A DNA stretch of 64,000 nucleotides from Cyanobacteriota bacterium (GTDB taxonomy: Bacteria; Cyanobacteriota; Cyanobacteriia; PCC-6307; Cyanobiaceae): contig JBJOMY010000005.1 of NCBI GenBank assembly GCA_046052125.1, positions 192,001 to 256,000 of the forward strand, given 5' to 3'. Both the position numbers and the translations under genes were made by a program. Positions within the stretch are counted from its first letter, which is position 1, and each line of letters opens with the position of its first letter. This document shows, piece by piece, positions 19,020 to 29,186 of this stretch. The notes beneath the pieces were generated by a model. The model was not told where the DNA came from and searched no databases. It saw nothing but the letters and a program-made list of their open reading frames with translations.

Positions 19020-20372
19020 ATGCCCATCGGCAAACTGCTGATCGCCAACCGTGGCGAAATCGCTCTGCGCATCTTGCGCACCTGCCGCGAACTCGGCATT
19101 CCCACTGTGGCTGTGTACAGCACGGTGGATCGCAATGCCCTGCACGTGCAGCTCGCCGATGAGGCGGTGTGCATCGGCGATGCACCCAGCAGCAAGAGCT
19201 ACCTCAATATCCCCAACATCCTGGCGGCAGCCACCTCGCGGGGAGCTGACGCCATTCATCCGGGCTACGGCTTCCTGGCAGAAAACGACAAGTTCGCCGA
19301 AATCTGCGCTGCCCACGGCATCACCTTTGTGGGGCCCTCGCCGGAATCGATCCGCTCGATGGGCGACAAGTCCACGGCCAAGGCCACGATGCAGAGCGTG
19401 GGCGTGCCCACCATCCCAGGCAGCGAGGGCTTGCTGGAGAGCGTCGATGACGCCCGCAAGCTGGCCGAATCGATGGGCTATCCCGTGATGATCAAGGCCA
19501 CCGCTGGCGGCGGCGGCCGTGGCATGCGCCTGGTGCCCAGCGCTGATCAACTCGACAACCTGTTCAAGGCCGCCCAGGGCGAAGCAGAAGCCGCCTTTGG
19601 CAACCCCGGCCTGTACATGGAGAAATTCATCGACAGGCCCCGGCACGTGGAAGTGCAGGTGCTCGCCGATCGCCACGGCAACGTGGTGCATGTGGGCGAG
19701 CGCGATTGCTCGATCCAGCGCCGGCACCAGAAATTGCTGGAAGAAGCCCCCAGCGTGGCGATCAACGCCGACCTGCGAAAGCAAATGGGTGATGCGGCCG
19801 TGGCTGCCGCCCGCACGATCGGCTACGAGGGCGCCGGCACCGTGGAGTTCCTGGTGGATCGCAGCGGCAGCTTCTATTTCATGGAGATGAACACCCGCAT
19901 CCAGGTGGAGCACCCCGTCACCGAGATGGTCACCGGGGTCGACCTGATCGCCGAGCAGCTGCGCATCGCTGGTGGCGAGCCGATTTCTGTGAGACAGGAC
20001 GAGATCAAGCTCACCGGCCATGCCATTGAGGTGCGCATCAACGCCGAAGATCCGCGCCAGAACTTCCGCCCCGCCCCCGGCAAGATCACCGGCTGGCTCC
20101 CCCCCGGCGGCCCAGGCGTTCGCTTCGACAGCCACGTGTACACGGGCTACGAGATCCCCCCCTTCTACGACTCACTGATCGGCAAGCTGATCGTGTGGGG
20201 CACCGACCGTGAGCACGCCCTCAAACGGCTGCGCCGCGCCCTCTCGGAATGCGCCGTGACCGGCATTCCCACCACGATCGATTTCCACCTGCAGCTGCTC
20301 GATCGGCCTGAGTTCCAGGCCGGCGACGTGCACACCAAATTCGTGGAGCAGGAAATGCTCCCGCCGGCCTAA
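19020..20372 (+). CDS. accC: Acetyl-CoA carboxylase biotin carboxylase subunit
   Basis: [34 protein letters not shown] and FYDSLIGKL motifs. Confidence 0.98.
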   Translation: MPIGKLLIANRGEIALRILRTCRELGIPTVAVYSTVDRNALHVQLADEAVCIGDAPSSKSYLNIPNILAAATSRGADAIHPGYGFLAENDKFAEICAAHGITFVGPSPESIRSMGDKSTAKATMQSVGVPTIPGSEGLLESVDDARKLAESMGYPVMIKATAGGGGRGMRLVPSADQLDNLFKAAQGEAEAAFGNPGLYMEKFIDRPRHVEVQVLADRHGNVVHVGERDCSIQRRHQKLLEEAPSVAINADLRKQMGDAAVAAARTIGYEGAGTVEFLVDRSGSFYFMEMNTRIQVEHPVTEMVTGVDLIAEQLRIAGGEPISVRQDEIKLTGHAIEVRINAEDPRQNFRPAPGKITGWLPPGGPGVRFDSHVYTGYEIPPFYDSLIGKLIVWGTDREHALKRLRRALSECAVTGIPTTIDFHLQLLDRPEFQAGDVHTKFVEQEMLPPA

Positions 20373-20713
20373 GCCGGAAGCACACTGGCTCGGATCATCA
20401 CCTGGGTGATCAGCCCCTGCTGACCCACCAACAGTTCGCGCACCAGGCTGATCAGCCCCAGCCAGATCACCGGGGTTACATCCACCCCACCGATGGGCGC
20501 GATCAACCGGCGGGTGAACGCCAACAGCGGCTCGGTGGGAACAGCCACCACGCGCCACAGCCCCTGGGTCAGATCCACCTGGGGGTACCAGGTGAGCACG
20601 ATCCGAAACAGGAACAGCAAGGTCCAGGCGGACAGCAGCACGCCCAGCACCAGGTGCACGGGCGGCAGGATCTGACGCAACAACGCCAGGGTGTCAGCCT
20701 CGGATCCCGTCAC
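20369..20713 (-). CDS. YggT family membrane protein
   Basis: [14 protein letters not shown] and GGVDVTP motifs. Confidence 0.9.
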   Translation of the reverse strand: MTGSEADTLALLRQILPPVHLVLGVLLSAWTLLFLFRIVLTWYPQVDLTQGLWRVVAVPTEPLLAFTRRLIAPIGGVDVTPVIWLGLISLVRELLVGQQGLITQVMIRASVLPA

Positions 20714-20790
20714 AAAGCCCTAAGCAGCGGTGAACGGATCGTAGGAAGCGGCGATCACTGCCTAGGATCCCCAGCGGATTCGTCACTGCC

Positions 20791-20913
20791 ATGACCCCCT
20801 CCCTCGCCAACTTCCTGAGCAGCCTCGCGTGGGGCGCGGTGATCGTGGTGGTTCCCATCACGGCGGCTGTGATTCTGATCAGCCAGAACGATCGGGTCGA
20901 CCGCAAGCTCTGA
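20791..20913 (+). CDS. psbX: Photosystem II protein X (not in the ORF track)
   Basis: Translates to [40 protein letters not shown]. Confidence 0.95.
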   Translation: MTPSLANFLSSLAWGAVIVVVPITAAVILISQNDRVDRKL

Positions 20914-20988
20914 TCGCCCCAGCTGGAGCGGGCGCCTGATGAGGCCTCGACTCCAGCCCTAAAGTGGCTCAAAAGCGCGCAGCGATCC

Positions 20989-21912
20989 GTGGTCAACGCC
21001 AGCCTGAATTGGGCGAGCATTGTTGGGATCGTTTTGGCCGTTGGCGGTGCATTCCTCTATTTCATGAGGAATTTCAAGCCAGCCCTGGCCCGCGATTACG
21101 ACGTTTTCTTTGCCGCCGTGGGCTTGCTCTGCGGCGGCATCTTGTTTTTCCAGGGCTGGCGCCTGGATCCGATCCTGCAGTTCGGTCAGTTTCTGCTCGC
21201 CGGCACCACGGTGTTCTTCGCTTACGAGAGCGTGCGCCTGCGGGGGGTGACCACCGAGCAGGCCAGGCGTTCCTCGTTCTTCGAGGACGACGAGCCCCTG
21301 CCAAAACCCCGCATGGGCGGTGGCCGCGACTGGCGCGATGACGTTGATCGCTTCGATGAGCCCCAACCGCTGCGGCGCCGGATCCGCTCCCGCGAGGACG
21401 GCTATGGCGAGCGCGAGGACGACGACCTCTACCGCCCCCGCCGCGCCCCGGCTCGTGCAGCCATTCCCGAGCGGGCAGCATCCCGCGATGAGTGGGGCAG
21501 CCGCGCTGACGAACGCGACTCGCGATCTGCTTCAGGCCGCGACGCCGGCCCCGCCCCCAGCCGCTTCCGCGCCGGCAGTGCACCAGCTGAAGTCTCCGGC
21601 CGTGAATTTGGCGCTCGCCGCCAGGGCCGCGAAGAGACGCGCCGTGGCTCCAGGCCGGCTGCCTCCAGCGACGACATGCCCCGCTCCAGCCGTCGCCCTG
21701 CAGCAACGGCGGATCGGCCAACGGATCGCCCAGCCGGCGTTCCTCAAGGTGCGCCCTATCGCCCCCAGAACCCTGCCGCGCCAGGGTCTGCTCCTTCCGC
21801 TAGCGATGCCGGCGTAAGCGATGCCGAGTTCCGCCCCATCCCACCCTCCAGCCGCGGCGGCGGCCCCGGTGGTGCTGCACCGCGCGACAACAGCTCCCGC
21901 TTCGACGACTAA
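20989..21912 (+). CDS. ycf66: Ycf66 family protein with long charged low-complexity tail
   Basis: ARDYDVFF and FQGWRLDPILQFGQ motifs. Confidence 0.9.
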   Translation: MVNASLNWASIVGIVLAVGGAFLYFMRNFKPALARDYDVFFAAVGLLCGGILFFQGWRLDPILQFGQFLLAGTTVFFAYESVRLRGVTTEQARRSSFFEDDEPLPKPRMGGGRDWRDDVDRFDEPQPLRRRIRSREDGYGEREDDDLYRPRRAPARAAIPERAASRDEWGSRADERDSRSASGRDAGPAPSRFRAGSAPAEVSGREFGARRQGREETRRGSRPAASSDDMPRSSRRPAATADRPTDRPAGVPQGAPYRPQNPAAPGSAPSASDAGVSDAEFRPIPPSSRGGGPGGAAPRDNSSRFDD

Positions 21913-21934
21913 ACACCTGCTGCCCCTGGCCTGT

Positions 21935-22453
21935 GTGCTCGGCCTGGCGCTGAGCAGCTGTGCCCTGATGCCATTGCGTCGTCAACCGTCAGCCCCCACT
22001 GGCCTTGGGGCTGAATCACGCCAGCAACCCGCCCTCAGCGGCGACGGCAGGTTGCTGGCCTCTCTTGTGGAACGGGCTGGCCGCACCACGGTGCTGCTTC
22101 AGGAGCGCCAGAGCGGCAGGGTTTTGCCGTTGCGCCATCTGCGCAATCGCCAACCCCACAGCTCTCCCTCCCTGAGCTGGAACGGTCGGTATCTGGCCGT
22201 GGTGGTGCAGCAGGGAGGACGGCGTCAGGCAGTGATTGAAGATCGCGCCACGGGCCAACAGCACCCGCTGTTCCTGCCCGCTGGCCAGGAACCTCAGCAG
22301 CTCAGCCTGGCGCCCGATGGGCAAAGCATTGCTCTCGAGCTGATCCAATCAGGCAGCCAAAGGCTGCAGCTCTTCAGCCTGAGCGCCATGTTGGAACCGG
22401 ACCGGCCTCCAGGGCTCCGCGAGAGCGGAGGCGGCCCGAGCGCTCAACCATGA
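21935..22453 (+). CDS. Short TolB-like (PD40 repeat) lipoprotein; start uncertain
   Basis: Lipobox LSSC; PALSGDGRLLA, PSLSWNGRYLA and LSLAPDGQSIA repeats. Confidence 0.75.
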   Translation: MLGLALSSCALMPLRRQPSAPTGLGAESRQQPALSGDGRLLASLVERAGRTTVLLQERQSGRVLPLRHLRNRQPHSSPSLSWNGRYLAVVVQQGGRRQAVIEDRATGQQHPLFLPAGQEPQQLSLAPDGQSIALELIQSGSQRLQLFSLSAMLEPDRPPGLRESGGGPSAQP

Positions 22454-22935
22454 GAGCGCTGAGCCTGCTGGCCGCCACAGGAACGGCGGGCTTGCTGCTG
22501 GTGGGCTGCCAGGGCGGGCTGCAACCGCTGCCGGGTCTTAACCAGCAGCTGAGCCGGCTTGGGGAGAGCCAAAGCCCATCGCTCGCCAGCGACTGGTTGG
22601 CCTTGATTGCCACGCGGCCAGGAGGACGCGCACAGGTGCAGCTGATCGATCGGCGCCGCAATGCACCGGTGCCGCTCCTGGGATTGAACCGGCCCGACAG
22701 CCTGCCGATCAGCGTGGCGGTCGACCAGCGGGGCGAACACCTGGCCGTCGTGCGGCAGCGCGATGACCGCAGTGAACTCGTGCTCTACCGCCGCTCCATT
22801 CAGGCGACCCAGCTGGTGCCCATCGAACCCGCCGGGGTGCCGAGCCGGGTGACTATCAGCGCCGATGGGCGGGTGCTGGCGGTGGAGGTGAGCCGTTCTG
22901 GGCTCTGGCAAGTGGATCTGCTGGAGCTGCCCTAA
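22450..22935 (+). CDS. Second short TolB-like lipoprotein
   Basis: Lipobox LVGC; SPSLA, VAVDQRGEHLA and ISADGRVLA repeats; ATGA overlap with the upstream gene. Confidence 0.8.
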   Translation: MRALSLLAATGTAGLLLVGCQGGLQPLPGLNQQLSRLGESQSPSLASDWLALIATRPGGRAQVQLIDRRRNAPVPLLGLNRPDSLPISVAVDQRGEHLAVVRQRDDRSELVLYRRSIQATQLVPIEPAGVPSRVTISADGRVLAVEVSRSGLWQVDLLELP

Positions 22936-22947
22936 GCGGCAGGGCGC

Positions 22948-23139
22948 TCAACCCACAAAGCCAGCCCAGCGCAGGAAGGACTCGCCACTGATCGCCTCCA
23001 CGGCCAGCACGGCCACAAAGCCCACCATGGCGAAACGGCCATTCACGCGCTCGGCATAGCCGCTCCAGCCAAAGGCGGGAACATCGTTGGTGGTGGCGCT
23101 GGTGGCGGGGCTGGCGGGAGCTTCAGAGGTGCTGGTCAT
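22948..23139 (-). CDS. hli: High light-inducible protein (HLIP)
   Basis: AERVNGRFAMVGF chlorophyll-binding motif. Confidence 0.93.
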   Translation of the reverse strand: MTSTSEAPASPATSATTNDVPAFGWSGYAERVNGRFAMVGFVAVLAVEAISGESFLRWAGFVG

Positions 23140-23146
23140 CGCGGAA

Positions 23147-25132
23147 TCAGACGCCGGAGTTGAAGGTATAGCTGGCGGCGGGCATCAGCTTCCAACCGCC
23201 CTGCCCATCGAGCTCGAGCACAAGGTTGTGAAAGCTCTTGAGGGTGGGGCGGTGACCCACGCTTACAAACGCCATCTCGCGCTGGGCCAGCAGCTCGTAG
23301 AGATGCTGCTCGGTGTTCACGTCCAAAGCGCTGGTGGCCTCGTCGAGCACCACGAAGCGAGGCGAGTTGAGCAGCAGCCGGGCGAAGGCCAGGCGCTGCT
23401 GCTCACCGAGCGACAGCAGCCGCGGCCAGTCCTGCTTGATCTCGAAATCCGGGTAGCGCTGCACCAGGGCCCCGAGCCGCACCTCTTCCAGCACGCTGCG
23501 CAGGTGCTCATCGCTGAAGCGCTGCGGATCCTGGGGGTAACAAAGCTGCTCCCTGAGGCTACCCAGAATCATGTAGGGCTTCTGGGGAATGAACAGCAGC
23601 TCGGAGAGCGGCGGCCGCTCCACCTCGCCCGCGGCGGGAGGCCACAGGCCACTCACCAACCGCAGAAACGAGGTTTTGCCGCAGCCACTGGGGCCCACCA
23701 CCAACACCCGCTGGCTGGCAGCCACCTCCAGGCTCAGGTCGCGGATCAAGCGGCGATCACTACCGGGCGGCACCAGATCCACATGGCGCACCAACAGCGA
23801 CTGAGCTGAGCGCGAAGCGTCATCCGCCAACAGATCGCGCTGGGCTTCAGAGCGGTTGATCGCTTCCACCTTGCCCTGGAAGCCTTCAAGACGACTGATC
23901 GAAGCGCTGAAGGCAGCCAAGCGATCGATGTTGTTCACGATGTAACTCACCGAGAACAGCACCTGAGAGAAGGCGATGCTGGCCTGACCAAACACACCAA
24001 AATCAACCTCCTTCGCGAAGTAGATCGGCGCAATCACAAGCCAGGGCAAAAAGCGGGAGAAGTAGTCGTAGGAGCGCTGAATCACGCTAATCAACGCCTC
24101 CCAGACAATCAACTTGTCGTAGTTACGGATCGCTCCATCGAGCCGGCGCTCAGCTTCGCGGGATTCCTGCTGCTCCCCGCGATAAAAGGCAATTGATTCC
24201 GCGTTATCGCGGATATGCACCAAGCCGTAGCGGAAATCGGCCTCGAGGCGGAGCTGGTCGTAGTTGAGGGCCACCAGTTTGCGGCTGGCAAACACAATCA
24301 CGGCCGTACCGCCCACCGAATAAGCCAGCAGCCAAAGTGCCAAGGTGGTGCTGATGCTCCAAAGCACCACGATGAAGCTCACAAACGTGAGCAGTGCTGA
24401 AACGATCTCAACCGTGACGCTCAGGCTCGTGCCGGTAAAACTGGCTGCGTCCTGGGAGATCCGCTGATCGGGGTTATCGATTTCCTCCGCGGTTTCGTCG
24501 TTGGGGTTGAGAACGTAGTACGCACGGTTCTGAAGATAGCGATTTAACAGTCGCCCGCTCAACCACTCACGCCACAACAGCCCAAGCTTGGGAATTAAAT
24601 AACTCTGCAGAGCCCGGATCGGTAGCGCCAACACCAGGCAGAAGGCGTAAATCGCCACCACCTGCCAAAACTCGTCGGCCTTATAGGCCACGAGCGTGTT
24701 ATCCACATTGCGGGCGATATAACTAATGCCCACATTGATGCCGTTGATCACCAAGATCAGCAGCGTGATCACCCCCATCAACAGCCAGGGCAACCAGCGC
24801 CCCTGCCGCAATTTGCTGCGCAGCGCTCCGAAGCAGATCAGGCCTGCCACGAACAGCACCATCACCACCGGCCCAACGGGGCTGGCCCAGATGGCGTTCA
24901 CCTGCTGGGGCACACCTGGCAGGAAGCGGGCCTGCAGCTCAGGAATCAGGGCACCGCTGGCAGCCACCACGCCGGTGAGCAGCAGCAGCGTGCTGCCCAC
25001 CACCACCGTCAGCAGGGCCAGGATCAGCAGCAGAAACTGCCAACCGCTGGTGTCTTCCACCGGCAGGAAGTAGGGCTGGGCAAGGCGCCGCAGCTTGCCG
25101 AGCTGACTGCGGAAGGCCTGCAGGGGGTTCAT
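23147..25132 (-). CDS. ABC transporter permease/ATPase fusion (YddA/ABCD-like)
   Basis: DNPDQRI, EADFR, AESIAFYRGE, Walker A GPSGCGKT, LSLGEQQR and LDEATSALD motifs. Confidence 0.92.
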   Translation of the reverse strand: MNPLQAFRSQLGKLRRLAQPYFLPVEDTSGWQFLLLILALLTVVVGSTLLLLTGVVAASGALIPELQARFLPGVPQQVNAIWASPVGPVVMVLFVAGLICFGALRSKLRQGRWLPWLLMGVITLLILVINGINVGISYIARNVDNTLVAYKADEFWQVVAIYAFCLVLALPIRALQSYLIPKLGLLWREWLSGRLLNRYLQNRAYYVLNPNDETAEEIDNPDQRISQDAASFTGTSLSVTVEIVSALLTFVSFIVVLWSISTTLALWLLAYSVGGTAVIVFASRKLVALNYDQLRLEADFRYGLVHIRDNAESIAFYRGEQQESREAERRLDGAIRNYDKLIVWEALISVIQRSYDYFSRFLPWLVIAPIYFAKEVDFGVFGQASIAFSQVLFSVSYIVNNIDRLAAFSASISRLEGFQGKVEAINRSEAQRDLLADDASRSAQSLLVRHVDLVPPGSDRRLIRDLSLEVAASQRVLVVGPSGCGKTSFLRLVSGLWPPAAGEVERPPLSELLFIPQKPYMILGSLREQLCYPQDPQRFSDEHLRSVLEEVRLGALVQRYPDFEIKQDWPRLLSLGEQQRLAFARLLLNSPRFVVLDEATSALDVNTEQHLYELLAQREMAFVSVGHRPTLKSFHNLVLELDGQGGWKLMPAASYTFNSGV

Positions 25133-25170
25133 GAGGGCGTTCAGATCACCCCATTCTCACCGGCCCAGGC

Positions 25171-25533
25171 TCAACCCGGCGGCCAGGCCAGGGAGCGCCC
25201 ACCAATCACATGCACATGCAGATGGAACACCGTCTGTCCGGCCTCCGCACCGCTGTTGATCACCGTGCGGAAGGCCTCGAGGCCCTCCTGCCTCGCCACC
25301 TTGGCCGCCACCAGCAGGAGGTGCCCCAAGAGTTGCTCGTGAGCGGCCTCAGCCTCAAGCAGATTGACCACGTGCTCGCGGGGAATCACCAGGATGTGAA
25401 CGGGCGCCTGGGGGGAGACATCGCGGAAGGCGATGCACTGGTCGTCGGCATACACCTGATCACAGGGGATCTCTCCACGCAGGATGCGCCCGAAAATCGT
25501 GTCGTTCTGCGGCGGTTGAGGGGATTCAGCCAT
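25171..25533 (-). CDS. Histidine triad nucleotide-binding protein
   Basis: TIFGRILRGEIP, GQTVFHLHVH and WPPG motifs. Confidence 0.93.
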   Translation of the reverse strand: MAESPQPPQNDTIFGRILRGEIPCDQVYADDQCIAFRDVSPQAPVHILVIPREHVVNLLEAEAAHEQLLGHLLLVAAKVARQEGLEAFRTVINSGAEAGQTVFHLHVHVIGGRSLAWPPG

Positions 25534-25605
25534 CAGCGGATGCAGGGGCAATCAAGGCGATGAAACAGCGGTGGCATTCCACCCATGCCGGTTTCAGAGA
25601 GCCCG

Positions 25606-27147
25606 ATGTTGGCACGATGCAGCGGAGCCGCCCTGGTGGGGCTGGAAGCCCGCGCGGTGGCGGTGGAGGTGGATATCGCGCCAGGGCTACCGGGGCTGCA
25701 GGTGGTGGGGCTGGCGGACGCAGCGGTACAGGAATCACGGCAGCGGGTGCGCGCCGCGATTCGCAACAGCAACCTGCGCATGCCGCTGACGCGGGTGATC
25801 GTGAATCTGGCGCCGGCCGATCTGCGCAAGGAAGGTCCGGCCTTTGATCTGCCGATTGCGCTCGCCGTGCTCGCGGCCAGCGGCCAACTGGCGCCGCCCC
25901 AGCTGGAGGGAATCTGGTGCGCTGGCGAGCTAGGGCTTGGCGGCGAGCTCCGGCCGGTGCGCGGCGCCGTGGCCCTGGCTCTGGCGGCGCGGCGCCATGG
26001 AGCGCGGGCCCTGCTCCTGCCTCGAGCCAACCACGATGAAGCCGCCCTGGTGGACCAGCTGCCTCTCGCCCCGGCAGACACCCTCAGCGAGGCGCTGCAG
26101 TGGCTGCAGCACCCCGAACGAATCGCCGCATCACCGCCTGAGCGTGCGCCCATCAGCGGCTCCAGCAGCACCAACCTCAGCGATCTGGCCAGCGTGCAGG
26201 GGCAGCTGCATGGGCGCCGCGCCCTGGAACTGGCCGCTGCTGGAGGCCATCACCTGCTGCTTGTTGGCCCACCAGGCAGCGGCAAAACCCTGCTGGCCCG
26301 CTGCCTGCCAGGGCTACTGCCCGAGCTCAGCCGCACGGAGATGCTCGAACTCACCCAGCTTTATTCCGTCGCTGGCCTGTTGCCCGCCGATGGGGGCCTG
26401 CTGCAGCAGAGGCCATTCCGCAGCCCGCACCACAGCTGCTCCAGTGCGGCACTGGTGGGCGGTGGAGCACGGCTCAGGCCAGGGGAGCTAGCGCTGGCGC
26501 ACCGCGGTGTGCTGTTCCTTGATGAACTGGCGGAGTTTCGTCGGGATGTGCTGAATCAACTGCGTCAGCCCCTGGAGCAGGGAGAGCTGTGGCTGAGCCG
26601 AGCGCGGCAGCGGCTGCGCTTTCCCTGCACTGTGAACCTGGTGGCAGCCACCAATCCCTGCGCCTGCGGCTGGGCCGGTGATCCCGAACGCACCTGCAGC
26701 TGCGGCACAGCGCAACAACAGCGTTATTGGAGCCGGCTATCCGGGCCACTGCTCGATCGCATCGACCTTCAGGTGGTGATGCGGCGGCTGGAGGGCAGCA
26801 CCCTGGGAGCTCGCTACCGGCAAGGGGCCGAAGCCGAGGGGAGTGCGGCCGTGCGGCAGCGGGTGAACGCGGCGCGGCAGCGGATGCTGCAACGCAATCC
26901 AGGGGCGGTGAACAACAGTCAGTTGCCGGCCAGTGCCTTGCGCAGCTGCGCAGCGATCACGCCAGCGGCCCTGGATCTGTGGCAACAGGCGATCGACCAA
27001 CGGGGCCTCAGCGCCCGGGCGGCCGAACGGGTGCTGCGTGTGGCACGCACGATCGCCGATCTGGGCGGGAGCGATGAGGTGAGCGCCGCGGCCATTGCCG
27101 AAGCGCTCAGCTACAGAAGCTTTGACCAATGCCGCTCAGGGCTCTGA
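25606..27147 (+). CDS. comM: YifB/ComM Mg-chelatase-like AAA+ ATPase
   Basis: VQESRQRVRAA, NLAPADLRKEG, GPPGSGKT, RPFRSPHH, LFLDE and SGPLLDRID motifs. Confidence 0.92.
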   Translation: MLARCSGAALVGLEARAVAVEVDIAPGLPGLQVVGLADAAVQESRQRVRAAIRNSNLRMPLTRVIVNLAPADLRKEGPAFDLPIALAVLAASGQLAPPQLEGIWCAGELGLGGELRPVRGAVALALAARRHGARALLLPRANHDEAALVDQLPLAPADTLSEALQWLQHPERIAASPPERAPISGSSSTNLSDLASVQGQLHGRRALELAAAGGHHLLLVGPPGSGKTLLARCLPGLLPELSRTEMLELTQLYSVAGLLPADGGLLQQRPFRSPHHSCSSAALVGGGARLRPGELALAHRGVLFLDELAEFRRDVLNQLRQPLEQGELWLSRARQRLRFPCTVNLVAATNPCACGWAGDPERTCSCGTAQQQRYWSRLSGPLLDRIDLQVVMRRLEGSTLGARYRQGAEAEGSAAVRQRVNAARQRMLQRNPGAVNNSQLPASALRSCAAITPAALDLWQQAIDQRGLSARAAERVLRVARTIADLGGSDEVSAAAIAEALSYRSFDQCRSGL

Positions 27148-27163
27148 GCGGCAGCCCTGATGC

Positions 27164-27304
27164 TCAATGGCGATGGGGCTGATCCCGATAGGGCTGCACG
27201 CCCACCAGCGGAGGCTGGTGCTGACGCTCCTCGAGAGGGTTGCCGAAGGCGTTGCCAACACTGGCGCTAAACCAGCGATTCAGAACCTGCATCAGCTGCT
27301 TCAT
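27164..27304 (-). CDS. Putative 46-aa small protein (not in the ORF track)
   Basis: ATG ORF MKQLMQVLNRWFSASVGNAFGNPLEERQHQPPLVGVQPYRDQPHRH; AGAGG upstream; fills the gap between comM and the rpsU terminator. Confidence 0.55.
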   Translation of the reverse strand: MKQLMQVLNRWFSASVGNAFGNPLEERQHQPPLVGVQPYRDQPHRH

Positions 27305-27346
27305 GGGAGACCTCTGCGGGAGTCCCTCCATCATCAACAGCCAAAC

Positions 27347-27384
27347 AAAAAGCGGAAACCGGTGTTTCTACCGATTTCCGCTTT
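27347..27384 (-). terminator. Rho-independent terminator of rpsU
   Basis: Minus strand reads GCGGAAATCGGT-AGAAAC-ACCGGTTTCCGC-TTTTT. Confidence 0.85.
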
Positions 27385-27414
27385 CAGGATCACTGAGTGG
27401 TTCGGAGCTGCCGA

Positions 27415-27585
27415 TCAGCGACGGCGACGGCGCTGCTGGGCCTTGCGCTTGTACTTCTCAACCGGGGTCTCGTGGTGACGCAGGCGCTTGAGGTCGGCAA
27501 AGATCCCGGCTTTGGACACCTGGCGCTTGAAACGGCGCAGCGCCGACTCAATGCCCTCGTTTTCGCCGACGGTGACCTGGGTCAT
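27415..27585 (-). CDS. rpsU: 30S ribosomal protein S21 (not in the ORF track)
   Basis: Translates to [56 protein letters not shown]. Confidence 0.97.
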   Translation of the reverse strand: MTQVTVGENEGIESALRRFKRQVSKAGIFADLKRLRHHETPVEKYKRKAQQRRRRR

Positions 27586-27641
27586 AAACCGATCAAGAAT
27601 CTGTGCAGTTTGACGATGGTAGCAAGCGCGGCGACCGCCCC

Positions 27642-28271
27642 TCAGCGTCCCGCAGGGGGTGCCGGCGGGGCTGGTGTTGCAGCGGCTTCAGTGGGCCAAC
27701 TGTCGCGATAGACGTAGACGTGGCCGAGGGTTCGACCGCCGAACTGACGGCGCATCAGCTTCCAACCCGGTTCCGGCACCAGCAGCAGAAAACCGTTTCC
27801 GCTGCCGCCACTGCGGGCCACCACCATCTCCGGACCGGCGCCAGCTTTGGTGGGCAGGGCCATCAGCAGCGTGTCACCCGCTTCCTTCAGCACGCTGAGG
27901 CGATACACCGTGCCCAGATCGCCGTTGCCGATGCGCAAGGAGTAGCCGTTGCCATCGATGAACCGGTTGCAGATCCCGGTGAAATCAAAGGTGGACAGCA
28001 GCGGATTCACGACCGCAGGCTTGCTGCCTTCCACGGCGTAGCAGGGGCGAGCCGCCGTGCGTTGCTCATAGATGTTGAGCTGGGCGCGGCTGCCATCGCC
28101 GATGGGCGCCGACACGATCACGAACTTGCTCTGATCCACCTCAACCGCCCCGAAGAGCGACTGGGCGACAGCCGGTTGAGGCCCCACCCAAGCCAGAGCA
28201 CCGGCCAAAGGCAGCGCGCCCACCAGAGACAGCCGTGCGGCGAGGGTGCGGACCGAATGAATCACAGACAC
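27642..28271 (-). CDS. DUF3747 domain exported protein
   Basis: Signal peptide; [21 protein letters not shown] and LGHVYV motifs. Confidence 0.82.
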   Translation of the reverse strand: MSVIHSVRTLAARLSLVGALPLAGALAWVGPQPAVAQSLFGAVEVDQSKFVIVSAPIGDGSRAQLNIYEQRTAARPCYAVEGSKPAVVNPLLSTFDFTGICNRFIDGNGYSLRIGNGDLGTVYRLSVLKEAGDTLLMALPTKAGAGPEMVVARSGGSGNGFLLLVPEPGWKLMRRQFGGRTLGHVYVYRDSWPTEAAATPAPPAPPAGR

Positions 28272-28321
28272 AAGCTTGCAGCCCGTGGATCGTAGAAGTG
28301 CCGGACGGGAGCGCCAGCCCC

Positions 28322-28519
28322 TCAGGCCGGCTTGTTGATCCGGATCGCCACCAGCAGGCTGAGCACCGTGCCAGGCAAGGCCAGCCCCAGGATCAGCCTG
28401 GTGGTGGACACACCCAGATCAGGATCGCCATAGGCGAGCTCAAACACAGAACCGGTAGCGGCGATCCCGAGCAGGCAGGCCAGGGCCAGGAAGACACCGG
28501 CCAAGGGTTTCATCGGCAT
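28322..28519 (-). CDS. Small two-TM membrane protein
   Basis: Two hydrophobic helices around GSVFELAYGDPDLG. Confidence 0.7.
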   Translation of the reverse strand: MPMKPLAGVFLALACLLGIAATGSVFELAYGDPDLGVSTTRLILGLALPGTVLSLLVAIRINKPA

Positions 28520-28531
28520 GGAATCAGGGCC

Positions 28532-29134
28532 TCAGGCGATCGAGTGAACGTCGGCGGGATTGAAGCCCTTCTCACCCAGGCCCTCGCGCAGCTTGTCGTG
28601 ATCGGTGACGCGATCCACAAACAGCACACCATTGAGATGGTCCATTTCGTGCTGGATGCAACGGGCCATCAGGCCATCTGCCTTCATGCGCTTCGGCCGG
28701 CCCATCTCATCGCGGTAGCTCACCTCCACCACACTCGGGCGCACCACATCGAGATAGACGCCGGGGATGCTCAGGCAACCCTCCTCGTAGGTACAGAGGC
28801 TGCCGCCTACAGCGCTGATCTCCGGATTGATCAGGATCAACGGCGCGCTCTTGGGATCCTCGATCTCCAGATCGATCACCAGGAGCTGCAGAGGCTGACC
28901 AATCTGGGGGGCAGCCAGGCCGATGCCGCGGGCTGCATACATACTCACGAGCATGTCGCGGGCCAGCTGACGGACGCTGTCATCCACCTTGCCGATGCGC
29001 TTGGCAGGCGAGCGCAGCACCTGATCCCCGAGGGTGTGGATGTCGTAGGGAGGGTTATCCACCGGCTCCTTCGACACCTGCAACCGGCCGGCATGTTCGG
29101 CGGACCGCGCCAATCTGGCGAAGCTGCTGGCCAA
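28532..29134 (-). CDS. def: Peptide deformylase (TTG start)
   Basis: GIGLAAPQ, EGCLS and QHEMDH motifs; GAGGA upstream of the TTG. Confidence 0.95.
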   Translation of the reverse strand: MASSFARLARSAEHAGRLQVSKEPVDNPPYDIHTLGDQVLRSPAKRIGKVDDSVRQLARDMLVSMYAARGIGLAAPQIGQPLQLLVIDLEIEDPKSAPLILINPEISAVGGSLCTYEEGCLSIPGVYLDVVRPSVVEVSYRDEMGRPKRMKADGLMARCIQHEMDHLNGVLFVDRVTDHDKLREGLGEKGFNPADVHSIA

Positions 29135-29186
29135 AGCTTGTCCTCGCTGGCGTTGTCGTTCAGGCGATTCTAGGAGCCATCGCTGA

